Of a DNA stretch of 34,890 bases, positions 23,145 through 32,594 are shown in pieces (within the stretch, counting starts at the first letter, position 1; each line of letters begins with the position of its first letter). The notes below the pieces were generated by a model that was not told the origin of the DNA, ran no database searches, and was given only the letters and a program-made list of their open reading frames with translations. The stretch is from a virus. Taxonomy: Duplodnaviria; Caudoviricetes. Location of the stretch: the IMG/VR virus record IMGVR_UViG_3300032272_000045, positions 1 to 34,890 of that record; one strand, given 5' to 3'. Made by a program: the position numbers and the translations under genes.

Positions 23145-25745
23145 ATGGCAGTAAAACAAATACAAACAAAACAAGCACCTAGAGATGCAAGACAATATCT
23201 ATCAGATTTAGAGGAATTACTTAAACGTAACACAGGCACAGGTACTCATATCGGTGCAGATGTATCTTCTAATACCCCAATGTATATTCCAGGAAAGGTT
23301 TTTAACCCAACAGGACTTGGTCAATCTGCCCCATCTATTTCACAATTTGGTAATGGAATGACACAACCTCTACCAGTTGAAAGAAATATCCAACAACTAG
23401 ACATCCCACAACAAGGTGGTCAAGTTCTTGGTGCAACAGACTTTTTAAATCAATTAGAACAAACATACAACCAAGTACAACCTCAAGCACAAGGAATGGA
23501 TCAGTCAAACCCTGGAGCAATGGCTACAGCAGTACAACAAACAGCTGATGGTGGTACTTTATTCACAGATGGAATCATTTATTACTCAGATGGAACTTTT
23601 AGAGCAGGAGACGGTAACGCTCAACCAATAGCAAGTGACGTAAGTGGTGGAACTCAATACTCAGATGGCTCAGTTAGAATGAGTTATGAAAGTGTTGGAT
23701 TGCCTCAACAATCAATTCCAGGAGGATTAAGTGGTCTTATTCAAGGTATTTTCGGACAAGATAGAACAATCACTCAGGCTTATGGAAACTATAACCCACA
23801 ACTTGAACCTGGATCTGGATATAACTTAGGAACTGATATTAGAACAAGAGATTTATTGGGATCACAAAGACAGTACAAACTACCTGTTGGAGCAACTGTT
23901 GTTCAAGTTTTACAAGATGATGGTACTCAATGGGGTACTCAATCAGGACATCAGGGATATGGTAACTCAGTTCTTTTAAGACTCCCAAGTGGAGAAATGC
24001 TTAGGTTTTCTCACATGAGTCAAATGGCTAACCTACAAGAAGGTCAAAGAGTTGAAGCTGGTCAAGTATTTGGAGAAGCTGGTCAAACAGGTAACACATC
24101 TGGTGAACATTTAGACTTAGAATACTATAACCAAGGTGGTCAACTATCAGATCCTTCACAATTTAGCGGATTTACTAACCCACAATCATTACTACAACCT
24201 AAAATGTTTAGTTCTGTAGATGATCCACAACCAGTACAAGCACCACAGCCCCAACAAATAAACCAATCTTTTGAACAACCACAACAACAGATACCAACAC
24301 CTACAACAGATGCTTTATCAGCAGTCACTCAAGCACCTCAAAACGTGTTTAATACTGCAAAAGAAGCTATCCCCACAGTAGATGAAATAAAACAATTAAA
24401 TCCTATTCAAGGAGAGTTTGGAGTTTCAGAGGGTTTAATTACTCCAGAAGCAAAACAAGCTCGTGTTCAATCATTATCTCAACAACCAGATATATATAAT
24501 CCATTTAGACAATTAGCAGGAAATATTACTGAAAGAATTGGAGATACTTTAGGTGTTCCAGAAGGTGGTCTTTCAGAATCAATTGCTGGAGGTCAAACAA
24601 AGAGAACTGGTCAGGCTTTTGCAAATGAGATAGGCTCAGACCCACAAGCACCCGTACCAGGAATTAGACAAAACATTAAAGATATTGGTGGAGAAATTAA
24701 ATCAGCAGGACAAGACGCATTAGGTCAAGCAGGACAGGGTGTTAAGTCACTAGGACAAGCTGGAATTAGTGCTTTAGAGAACGTATTTACACCAAAACAA
24801 GAAGTTGAAAAAAGAGCAGTTGGAGACGTTGCTGGAACAGCAGAACAACCAGGACAAGCTGGTCAGTTTTCTTCTGTTATGGATACAGCCTCAAGCCTAG
24901 CTAATGTTCCTAAAAATGATATTCGTGACCCGTTCTTCAAGTATGGTGGATCAGAAACATATCAGAAGTTTTTAAAACCAAACGCACAAGACTTACAAGG
25001 TGGAGCGTTAACACTAGACCTATTCAACAATGACTTCTTTAAAGATATAGGTAACATTAGTAATGTCTTTGGAGGTTCTAAAGATATTGGTGCAGCAACA
25101 GAAAAGTTTATTGATTTTGAAAGAGAAAAATATAAACCTATGGATCGTATCAATTTTGAAGAAGGATATGATCGTGGAGAAGTTGAGAATTATAATAGAC
25201 AAGTTGATGAATATAATAACTCTATAAATAAATACTATGGAGATGTTAGATCAAGTACAGCAGGTGCAAAGAGTGCATATCTTCCAGGAGCAACACCGTC
25301 AGCAAAAAATATATTTGCTAATTCAACACCTCAAATAAATATGTCTAGATCAGTTCCTCAAATGAGTGTTGCTAGACCACAAATGTCTTTAGCTAAACCT
25401 TCAACACCAAGTGCAAATATTAGCAGACCTAATATGTCTATTGCTAAACCAAATATGAGTGTTAATAGACCAAGTCAAAATATTAGTAGACCAAGTTCTC
25501 CTTCAAGACCAGCACAACAAAGTAATAGACCAGGAAGTTCAGCACCTCAAATGAGTGTTGCAAGAAAACCAGCTCCAAGAGTATCTGCACCTAGAAGACC
25601 ATCAGCTCCACAACAGAGTAATAGAGTTGGTAGCTCAGCACCTCAGCAAAGCACAGCAGTAAGAAGACAATCAAGACCAGCTCCTAAGAAAAGAAATGTC
25701 TTTTCAAGAGCAAGTAGTTATTTAAGAAACATATTTAGGAGATAA
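23145..25745 (+). CDS. internal virion/ejection protein with M23-like peptidase domain
   Basis: GTDI...GYGNSV...FSHM...GQTGNTSGEHLD; Q/P/S-rich disordered flanks. Confidence 0.8.
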   Translation: MAVKQIQTKQAPRDARQYLSDLEELLKRNTGTGTHIGADVSSNTPMYIPGKVFNPTGLGQSAPSISQFGNGMTQPLPVERNIQQLDIPQQGGQVLGATDFLNQLEQTYNQVQPQAQGMDQSNPGAMATAVQQTADGGTLFTDGIIYYSDGTFRAGDGNAQPIASDVSGGTQYSDGSVRMSYESVGLPQQSIPGGLSGLIQGIFGQDRTITQAYGNYNPQLEPGSGYNLGTDIRTRDLLGSQRQYKLPVGATVVQVLQDDGTQWGTQSGHQGYGNSVLLRLPSGEMLRFSHMSQMANLQEGQRVEAGQVFGEAGQTGNTSGEHLDLEYYNQGGQLSDPSQFSGFTNPQSLLQPKMFSSVDDPQPVQAPQPQQINQSFEQPQQQIPTPTTDALSAVTQAPQNVFNTAKEAIPTVDEIKQLNPIQGEFGVSEGLITPEAKQARVQSLSQQPDIYNPFRQLAGNITERIGDTLGVPEGGLSESIAGGQTKRTGQAFANEIGSDPQAPVPGIRQNIKDIGGEIKSAGQDALGQAGQGVKSLGQAGISALENVFTPKQEVEKRAVGDVAGTAEQPGQAGQFSSVMDTASSLANVPKNDIRDPFFKYGGSETYQKFLKPNAQDLQGGALTLDLFNNDFFKDIGNISNVFGGSKDIGAATEKFIDFEREKYKPMDRINFEEGYDRGEVENYNRQVDEYNNSINKYYGDVRSSTAGAKSAYLPGATPSAKNIFANSTPQINMSRSVPQMSVARPQMSLAKPSTPSANISRPNMSIAKPNMSVNRPSQNISRPSSPSRPAQQSNRPGSSAPQMSVARKPAPRVSAPRRPSAPQQSNRVGSSAPQQSTAVRRQSRPAPKKRNVFSRASSYLRNIFRR

Positions 25746-25747
25746 TC

Positions 25748-27415
25748 ATGGCTTTCAACATCTTTTCAAAAAGAAAAAAACCACTAAACCAATCACAAAA
25801 TCAAAACAGTAGTCAAGCTAGAATACAAGGTTCTGGATATGGTTCTAATTATGCATCAAACGCAAGTAACTACCAAGCTCCTAGACAACCAGCTGTAAAG
25901 GCTAGTACTTACTCAACACCTAATTATCTTAGTAGTTTAACCAAACAACCAACTATTCAAACAAGACAACAACCTCAACAGACACAACAAAGTACTGCTA
26001 GACCAGCACCTACTCCTTATAAACCACCTCAAACACTACCTTGGGGAACTAACACAGGAATATTGCCATGGGGTCAAAAACAACCTCAAACAGCAACTCC
26101 TAGAGTTCAAGGTCCACAATCTAGACCAAGAGCAGTTGGTCCTATGAGCGTTGCACCTAAACAAAACATGAGTGTTGACCCAAATGCTGGAAGATACCAA
26201 GCACCAGCTCCAACACCACAACCACAGGCTCAACCACAAGTAGATCCATCACAAAACTGGATGAAATACATCTCTAATGCAGGTCAAAATAGAATTGGCA
26301 CAGAAAACAATAGACTACAAGATCAACTAGAGTTTTTGAGAGCACAAGGACAACTTAATAACCAACAACTATTAGAACAAATACCAGTTGCTCAAGAAAA
26401 CTTTAATCAGTTTAAAGGAAATACAGAAGCTAGTATTGCTGATTTAATAGCAGGTGGAGAGAGACAAAAAGATCAAACATCTGATTACTACGGAGATGCT
26501 CAAAGACAGGCAGCACTAGCAAGGCGTGATGTTCAAGGTCAAACACAAAGAACATTTGCAGGACTTGGAACACTAGATTCAAGAGGAGAGGGTTCATTTG
26601 CACAAGAAACAGCTAATCAAGACAGTGAGTTTAATAGATTCACACAACAAAACTTGAAAGCTAAAGCAGACCAACTAGCAGAAATTGACATGACTGTTAG
26701 AACAGCTGAAAGAAACGCAAGAGCTACTATAGCCCAAGAAGAACAAAAGATGAATCAATTATCTCGTGATATTCAATATGCTGTAGCAAACAACGATTTA
26801 ACAACAGCTCAAGGTCTTAAAGAAGCATATTCACAGTCACAACAATATGTATATGACATTGAAGATTCATTAGCTCAAACCAAATACCAATTTGGACTAC
26901 AACAACAAGAATTAGAGAATGACTTAGCAAAAGTACAATCATTTACTCCTGAGTTTATGGCTACAGGACAACCAACTAATCAGGCTGAGTTTGAATTTTT
27001 TGTAAAAAACAAAGAAGCTTTTGGAGGTAGTGATGGATTACAAGATTTAGATGATAAAGGAAAGATTGCAGCTAACGGATTAGATGTTTTGGCAGATATT
27101 AGAAATTACATACAATCAGATCCAGGTGTGACAAGAAGTCTTAACCCATTAGCAAATAGAAGCTATAAATCATCTGTAAATAATATGTCAGATATTATTG
27201 GTAGATTAAGATCTGGTGGTGCAATTAATGAACAGGAAGAAAAATCCTTTAAAGGACTACTACCAACTTTTGCAGATGACACTCAAACTATTGAAAGAAA
27301 ATTAGGACAATTAGAAAACGAGTTAAGAATTAGAACAGGATCAGGATACCAAGGACAAGGTACTTTTGTTCCAGGAGCTGATATAAGCTCATTAGCAGAA
27401 CAATTTGGAGGATAA
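25748..27415 (+). CDS. internal virion/ejection protein
   Basis: Disordered Q/P-rich N-terminus, long coiled coil, GRLRSGGAINEQE. Confidence 0.75.
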   Translation: MAFNIFSKRKKPLNQSQNQNSSQARIQGSGYGSNYASNASNYQAPRQPAVKASTYSTPNYLSSLTKQPTIQTRQQPQQTQQSTARPAPTPYKPPQTLPWGTNTGILPWGQKQPQTATPRVQGPQSRPRAVGPMSVAPKQNMSVDPNAGRYQAPAPTPQPQAQPQVDPSQNWMKYISNAGQNRIGTENNRLQDQLEFLRAQGQLNNQQLLEQIPVAQENFNQFKGNTEASIADLIAGGERQKDQTSDYYGDAQRQAALARRDVQGQTQRTFAGLGTLDSRGEGSFAQETANQDSEFNRFTQQNLKAKADQLAEIDMTVRTAERNARATIAQEEQKMNQLSRDIQYAVANNDLTTAQGLKEAYSQSQQYVYDIEDSLAQTKYQFGLQQQELENDLAKVQSFTPEFMATGQPTNQAEFEFFVKNKEAFGGSDGLQDLDDKGKIAANGLDVLADIRNYIQSDPGVTRSLNPLANRSYKSSVNNMSDIIGRLRSGGAINEQEEKSFKGLLPTFADDTQTIERKLGQLENELRIRTGSGYQGQGTFVPGADISSLAEQFGG

Positions 27416-27416
27416 A

Positions 27417-28931
27417 ATGGCATTTGACACAAAAGGATTTGCACAAGCAGCACAACAAGCTGGATTTACTCCAGAACAAATAGATAGTGAAATATCTAGA
27501 AGAACTGGTGTTAGAGGTTGGTTGACTGGAGGAAATAAAGGCTTTGGTGGAGTAGCAACTGGAGCAGCTAACCTATTAAGTCTTCCTTCTTTTGCGATTG
27601 GTGGAGTACTTAATCAAGGACAAAGAGCTTTTGGTTCTAAATATGGTCAAGATACTGGAGCTAAAGGATTGGGTGTTTTAGAAGGAATTAAAAATAAACG
27701 AGCTGTTTTCACAGAAGCACCAGAAACATTAGGAATTGATCCTAATAGTAAGCTTGGAATGGGTATAGGCTTTGGTGCTGAGTTATTAACACCAGATATT
27801 CCTTTACTTGGAGCAGGTGCTAATGCTTTTAGATCATCAAAACTTGCTAAAGCTGGCAGGGGTTTAGGTAAATCAAGAAAACTTGGAAACATAACAGATG
27901 ATGCAGCAAGAGTATTACTTGAAAAAAGTTATAAACTAAGTGCTAGTGATATACAAAAAGTTGCTGATGCAATTGGTGTCACAGATGAATCACAAAAAGC
28001 TATTAAGGTTATTGATTATTTAGAAGGATTAGGTCTTAAAGGATCTAATAGAGGAAGTTTAAAAACACTTAATGATATAACATCAGGTTCTCAAAAAGGA
28101 TTTAATAAACTAACTAGAACTGGTGGAGAAATTAGTAGAACACCATACATAGATAACCTACTTAATGAAGCTATTAAAGCTGAAAAACTAGATACTCCAC
28201 AATCAAGAAGATTATCAAAACAGTTATTTGAAGAAGCATATAATCAATCATTAAAGACTGGAAAACCATTAACAGATACAGACCTAACAAATAAAATAAG
28301 CAAATTATTTAATGAGTCAAGTGCATCAGCCCTTGGAGATCCTCTATCATCTAATTTAAGTAAGAGAATGGCTATAGCAGGACAAGATGCAAGAGAAACT
28401 TTAAGACCTGGTTCTAAATTAGCTGGTAGAGAATTAAGAGGCTTAAGAACAGCTCAAGATGTTGTTGGTAAAAAAGCTAATACGGGATTAGGAACTCAAT
28501 TAATAAACTCATTTAAACCAAGTGGGGCAGGATTTGGAGTTGGTGCAGTTGCAGGATACTCAACAGATAGAAACCCACTAGTAACAGGGTTAATAGGTGG
28601 ACTTGGTGGAGTTGCCTTAAACAATCCAAGGGTTATGAATAGTATGGGTAAATTCTTACAAAAAGGGACTAGTCTTCCTAGGCTATCCAAACCAACAAGT
28701 AGATTTGGAAAAACAGCTTTTAGCACAGTAAAAAAACTACCTCAAACTTCATTTAAGGTTGGTGTAAGAGATAAAACTAAAACTAACGAGACATCATCTC
28801 GCCAATCAAAGCAATCAAAGCCAGTAGTAAAACAGCAAAGAGTCCGATCATCAGTATATGATACACCAAAAAACGTATTTAACAATAAATCAGCTTTTGG
28901 TAAGAAGTTTAAACTAAAAGCTAGAAACTAA
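27417..28931 (+). CDS. DNA ejection/transfer protein
   Basis: GGAGG SD before ATG 27417; G/A-rich hydrophobic segments; basic. Confidence 0.75.
   Translation: MAFDTKGFAQAAQQAGFTPEQIDSEISRRTGVRGWLTGGNKGFGGVATGAANLLSLPSFAIGGVLNQGQRAFGSKYGQDTGAKGLGVLEGIKNKRAVFTEAPETLGIDPNSKLGMGIGFGAELLTPDIPLLGAGANAFRSSKLAKAGRGLGKSRKLGNITDDAARVLLEKSYKLSASDIQKVADAIGVTDESQKAIKVIDYLEGLGLKGSNRGSLKTLNDITSGSQKGFNKLTRTGGEISRTPYIDNLLNEAIKAEKLDTPQSRRLSKQLFEEAYNQSLKTGKPLTDTDLTNKISKLFNESSASALGDPLSSNLSKRMAIAGQDARETLRPGSKLAGRELRGLRTAQDVVGKKANTGLGTQLINSFKPSGAGFGVGAVAGYSTDRNPLVTGLIGGLGGVALNNPRVMNSMGKFLQKGTSLPRLSKPTSRFGKTAFSTVKKLPQTSFKVGVRDKTKTNETSSRQSKQSKPVVKQQRVRSSVYDTPKNVFNNKSAFGKKFKLKARN
28783..28851 (-). CDS. antisense-embedded 22-aa hydrophobic peptide
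   Basis: MIGLFAVLLLALIALIGEMMSR preceded by TTGTTA-N16-TATCAT-N6-ATG. Confidence 0.5.
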   Translation of the reverse strand: MIGLFAVLLLALIALIGEMMSR

Positions 28932-28934
28932 AAT

Positions 28935-29849
28935 ATGGATAGTATTAAATCAACAGCAGTACCAACAGTACATGGTGGGGTTGTAACAAACCCAGATGGT
29001 ACTAATGTTGGTGAAGGCATTTCATCCTTACCACTTCCTACAGGTGCATCAACTCTAGCAGAACAACAATCACAAACAACTCTTTTAAGTGGAATAACAT
29101 CTATTCCACAAGATGAAATAAAAATTGGAAATAGAAGTGGTGTAATTGGATGGAATAAGTTTGGATATAGAACAGGTCTAACAACATCAGGTGGAGATGA
29201 AACAGTCTGGGCTACTACAGGAAATTACACCCCAGCTACAACGGCTTATACTTTTGATATTGCTTATGATGGCACAGCAGGAGGAACTACAGATGGTGCA
29301 GGAACTACAGGGGCAACAGAATTAACCTTTTATTATCTAGATAGTGATGGAAACGAAGTCATATCAACACACACTCTTGGTACAGATGGTGCAGATACCA
29401 CTTCTTTTTCAGGTTTTGGAATCAATCGTATTGCAGTATCTGGCACTGGCACAAATGATGTGAATGTGAGTGAAATACTGATAACACATACAACTGGTGG
29501 TGCAAAAATGGCAGTAGTTCCAGCAGGAGAAGGTGTCACTCAACAAGCTATTTTTCATGTAGGATCAAACCATAAAGCAGTTGCTAAATTTTTAAAAATA
29601 GCAATATCATCAAGCTCTAAAACACCAACGGTATTAATCAAAGGATGGGTTTATAACAGATCTATTGATTCTAAATTTCTTGTATTTAGAGAAGACATTG
29701 ACACATCAGTTTCACTAGGTATACAAATAATTGATCCAATAGGATTTGGTTTAAGTGCTACAGATGTGCTTTTTTTCACAGCAGATAGTGACGCAAATAA
29801 CGTAGATGTAGATGTAAGATTTAGTTTAAATGAATATCAGAATACATAA
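28935..29849 (+). CDS. putative virion structural protein
   Basis: LPLPTGASTLAEQ motif, T/G-rich beta domain (NKFGY...ETVW). Confidence 0.7.
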   Translation: MDSIKSTAVPTVHGGVVTNPDGTNVGEGISSLPLPTGASTLAEQQSQTTLLSGITSIPQDEIKIGNRSGVIGWNKFGYRTGLTTSGGDETVWATTGNYTPATTAYTFDIAYDGTAGGTTDGAGTTGATELTFYYLDSDGNEVISTHTLGTDGADTTSFSGFGINRIAVSGTGTNDVNVSEILITHTTGGAKMAVVPAGEGVTQQAIFHVGSNHKAVAKFLKIAISSSSKTPTVLIKGWVYNRSIDSKFLVFREDIDTSVSLGIQIIDPIGFGLSATDVLFFTADSDANNVDVDVRFSLNEYQNT

Positions 29850-29859
29850 AGGATAAAAT

Positions 29860-29964
29860 ATGGCAAAAAAGAAAAAAGTAATAACAATAACTAAAAGAAA
29901 ACGAAAACCAAAACTAAGTAATATTAGACGTGTAGCTAGTAACATATTTAAGAAAAAATCATGA
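29860..29964 (+). CDS. 34-aa highly basic peptide
   Basis: MAKKKKVITITKRKRKPKLSNIRRVASNIFKKKS; AAGGA SD; ATGA overlap. Confidence 0.65.
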   Translation: MAKKKKVITITKRKRKPKLSNIRRVASNIFKKKS

Positions 29965-30287
29965 CAAAAAAAAATACTACTTCCGATTACACATCTGGTA
30001 CTCAGGTTCAAGACAATACTATTGCTATAAAACTAATGCAACAAACATTGGATTATATGAGTAGGGGTATAGACGAAATTAAAAACGGAATAGAGCATTT
30101 AAGAGATGAATTCAAAGAGGGCTATGTTAGTAAGGAAGAACTAACTATACTTAGGACAGAGATTGATTCTCTAAGAAAAAAAATCAAAAGGTTCGATAAT
30201 TTGACTAACTACGGATTAAAAACTATAATTGGATTTATAATAATAGGATTACTAACATTACTAGTTAATAGCGGAATAAAACAATGA
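29961..30287 (+). CDS. coiled-coil protein with C-terminal TM (holin/lysis accessory)
   Basis: IIGFIIIGLLTLLV at the C-terminus; in the lysis block. Confidence 0.7.
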   Translation: MTKKNTTSDYTSGTQVQDNTIAIKLMQQTLDYMSRGIDEIKNGIEHLRDEFKEGYVSKEELTILRTEIDSLRKKIKRFDNLTNYGLKTIIGFIIIGLLTLLVNSGIKQ

Positions 30288-30442
30288 GTCAAAAAAATTT
30301 AATAACTATTATAGCAATTGGCTACGCAATGATGTTTATCATAATAACTTATACAATTCTTAACTACATAAAGACTTCCTACATTCATACAGCAATATAC
30401 GAAGCAGAAATAAATTCAACGACAATTTACGAGCAATATTAA
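30284..30442 (+). CDS. 52-aa N-terminal-TM protein
   Basis: MSQKNLITIIAIGYAMMFIIITYTIL...; ATGA overlap. Confidence 0.65.
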   Translation: MSQKNLITIIAIGYAMMFIIITYTILNYIKTSYIHTAIYEAEINSTTIYEQY

Positions 30443-30456
30443 TTATAAAAAGGTCT

Positions 30457-31458
30457 ATGCCAAAAGCTTTATCACAACGTGACCCTCAATGGGCAAATAA
30501 GAAACTAGGTACAAGCAACACAACTATCCATGATTATGGATGCACACTCACATCTTTAACGATGTTATTAAACCACTACGGTGGAAACTATACCCCAGAT
30601 CAAGTAAATGATAAACTAAAATTAGTAAACGGTTTCTCTCAAGGAAATCTTATCGTTTGGTCATCCATTCCAAAAGCCTTTCCACAGGTAAAATCAGTTG
30701 AAAGAGTATGGTCTTATGACAATGCTAAGGTATCCTCTAATCTACCTGCTTTAGTGGAAGTAAACGGTTCAAGGATAGGTGCTAGTAAACACTGGGTACT
30801 TTATATCGGTGGTCAAAGAATGAATGATCCGTGGTTTGGTAATGAAAAGGCTACAAGTTATTATGCACCAACTGGATGTGCAATCTTTAATGTTGAAGTT
30901 ATTGACAGTGTGGAAAAACCTGTGGATAACTCAGACCTAGAAGCTTGCTTGTCACAACATAAAATTCTAGTAGATGAGGCTAAAATTAAAGATGAAACAA
31001 TAGAATCACTTTCACAAGAAAACGAAGATAGAAAAGATTATGTTAAAAAACTAGAAATTGAACTACAAACAGAAAAAGATAATCAAAAGGACTATAAAAA
31101 CAACGTAGACTCTTTTTTAAGAGAGATGGTTACAATCCTTGATCCTCATACAGTTATAGAAATAGCAGATGAAAACCTAGTTAAAAACCTAGCTAAGAAA
31201 GTAGTTAGTGATTTTAGTGAAGTTCAGAGTCAACTTGTTAAAAAAGAAAGAGAATGGGCTAAAACTGAAAGATCTTTAGAAGAAGAAAACTCAGAGTTAG
31301 AGAAACAAGTTAAATCTTTGAAAGAAGAACTTGAAAGACTCATGAAACGTGTCGAACAAGTTGAAACAGATGTTGCTCGTAATAAAGAAGCTAAAGCCGA
31401 AAATAACAAGGCTAAAGAGTTCATAGATAGTATTATAAATTTATTTAAAGGAAAGTAA
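30457..31458 (+). CDS. putative endolysin: C39-like cysteine peptidase plus long coiled coil
   Basis: SQRDPQW...YGCTLTSLTM...HWVL...MNDPW gives the Q/C/H/D set; flanked by TM genes. Confidence 0.8.
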   Translation: MPKALSQRDPQWANKKLGTSNTTIHDYGCTLTSLTMLLNHYGGNYTPDQVNDKLKLVNGFSQGNLIVWSSIPKAFPQVKSVERVWSYDNAKVSSNLPALVEVNGSRIGASKHWVLYIGGQRMNDPWFGNEKATSYYAPTGCAIFNVEVIDSVEKPVDNSDLEACLSQHKILVDEAKIKDETIESLSQENEDRKDYVKKLEIELQTEKDNQKDYKNNVDSFLREMVTILDPHTVIEIADENLVKNLAKKVVSDFSEVQSQLVKKEREWAKTERSLEEENSELEKQVKSLKEELERLMKRVEQVETDVARNKEAKAENNKAKEFIDSIINLFKGK

Positions 31459-31465
31459 TATGAAA
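31380..31465. repeat. 86-bp perfect inverted repeat, copy 1
   Basis: Exact reverse complement of 34468-34553. Confidence 0.95.
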
Positions 31466-31642
31466 TATTTAAAAATGGTAGATGGTTACAAATCATTTAT
31501 CTTCATGGGACTTGCAGTTGTAATTAAGATTGCAGATATTTATGAAGTCTTAGACCCTAAAGTCTATGAGTCATTAATGTTAATTGATTTAGCATTACTA
31601 GGAGGATCTGTTAAACACGCTATTACTAAATTAGTAAAATAA
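31460..31642 (+). CDS. putative holin (two TM)
   Basis: DGYKSFI start, two hydrophobic helices, basic tail; follows the endolysin. Confidence 0.75.
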   Translation: MKYLKMVDGYKSFIFMGLAVVIKIADIYEVLDPKVYESLMLIDLALLGGSVKHAITKLVK

Positions 31643-31655
31643 AACAAGGAAATAA

Positions 31656-31946
31656 ATGGGAAGACGTGGTCGTTACGAATTTTCAAAGAAAGTAAAAGAC
31701 AAAGCAATTACTAAATGGCACGAAGAAAACCCAGGTAACCCAGACGAAAAATTAGAAGTAGATCACATAATTCCAATATATTTTGCAAAGAGAGAAGGTA
31801 TACCAGAAGACCTTGTGAACACTCAAAACAACGCTAGAGCTTTAAGAGTTGAAGAACATAAGGAACGTCATAGAAACGAACCCACAGAAGAAGAATATAA
31901 AACACTATCTCAAGCCTTACTTGGCTGGATAGGTAATTTATTTTGA
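31656..31946 (+). CDS. small HNH endonuclease
   Basis: EVDHIIP...NNARAL...HKERH. Confidence 0.85.
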   Translation: MGRRGRYEFSKKVKDKAITKWHEENPGNPDEKLEVDHIIPIYFAKREGIPEDLVNTQNNARALRVEEHKERHRNEPTEEEYKTLSQALLGWIGNLF

Positions 31947-32240
31947 ATAAGGATTAATAGCATCCCCCATGATGCGATCAGTAGACCTCTCACACCACTT
32001 ATTTAGTTCTTTTAAGTCTTTTGCGACTGGTAAGACATCACTAATTAAAGAAGCTGTTATCATAGAGTTATTTTTTAATTGAGCGTAAGTGTGATTTTCA
32101 TCAACCCATGTTTTCCTATAAATAACATCTCTAATTGTATGGATAGAAACACCATAGTATCTAGCCATTTCTCCATGAGTAATAGTCTTATTTTTAGCCA
32201 GTGTTCTAATTTCTCTAGCACTATTTGAGTTTAATTTCAT
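31938..32240 (-). CDS. HTH DNA-binding protein
   Basis: THGEMARYYGVSIHTIRDVIYRKTW. Confidence 0.8.
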   Translation of the reverse strand: MKLNSNSAREIRTLAKNKTITHGEMARYYGVSIHTIRDVIYRKTWVDENHTYAQLKNNSMITASLISDVLPVAKDLKELNKWCERSTDRIMGDAINPYSK

Positions 32241-32395
32241 ATTATCTCTCCTATATTTTTTAACATTAACTCCATTTCAAGACCATACCAAAATAAGTAA
32301 GACACCATATAAGAAAACATTACTGTGAATAGAAACATAAAAAATACTATTATCCAATGACTAGGTTGTTGGTTGTTTTGTTCGTAGTTATTCAT
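32237..32395 (-). CDS. 52-aa single-TM protein
   Basis: MNNYEQNNQQPSHWIIVFFMFLFTVMFSYMVSYLFW... Confidence 0.65.
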   Translation of the reverse strand: MNNYEQNNQQPSHWIIVFFMFLFTVMFSYMVSYLFWYGLEMELMLKNIGEII

Positions 32396-32594
32396 CTTGT
32401 GTATAGTTTTCTAAATCCTTTCTATTAGCCTCTAGGTAAGTTTCTTTACCTTCATCGTATCTACTCTTAACAATCCCTCCACCTATAAATCCATCAGCTA
32501 GTGAATACCACCATCCTCTAAATAAAACTAACAATCCCTCATCTTCTGTTGTTGTTAATTGAAACTCTCCTCTATCAATTTCTTTTCTTTTCAT
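32388..32594 (-). CDS. hypothetical protein
   Basis: ORF with AGGGAG SD. Confidence 0.7.
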   Translation of the reverse strand: MKRKEIDRGEFQLTTTEDEGLLVLFRGWWYSLADGFIGGGIVKSRYDEGKETYLEANRKDLENYTQDE

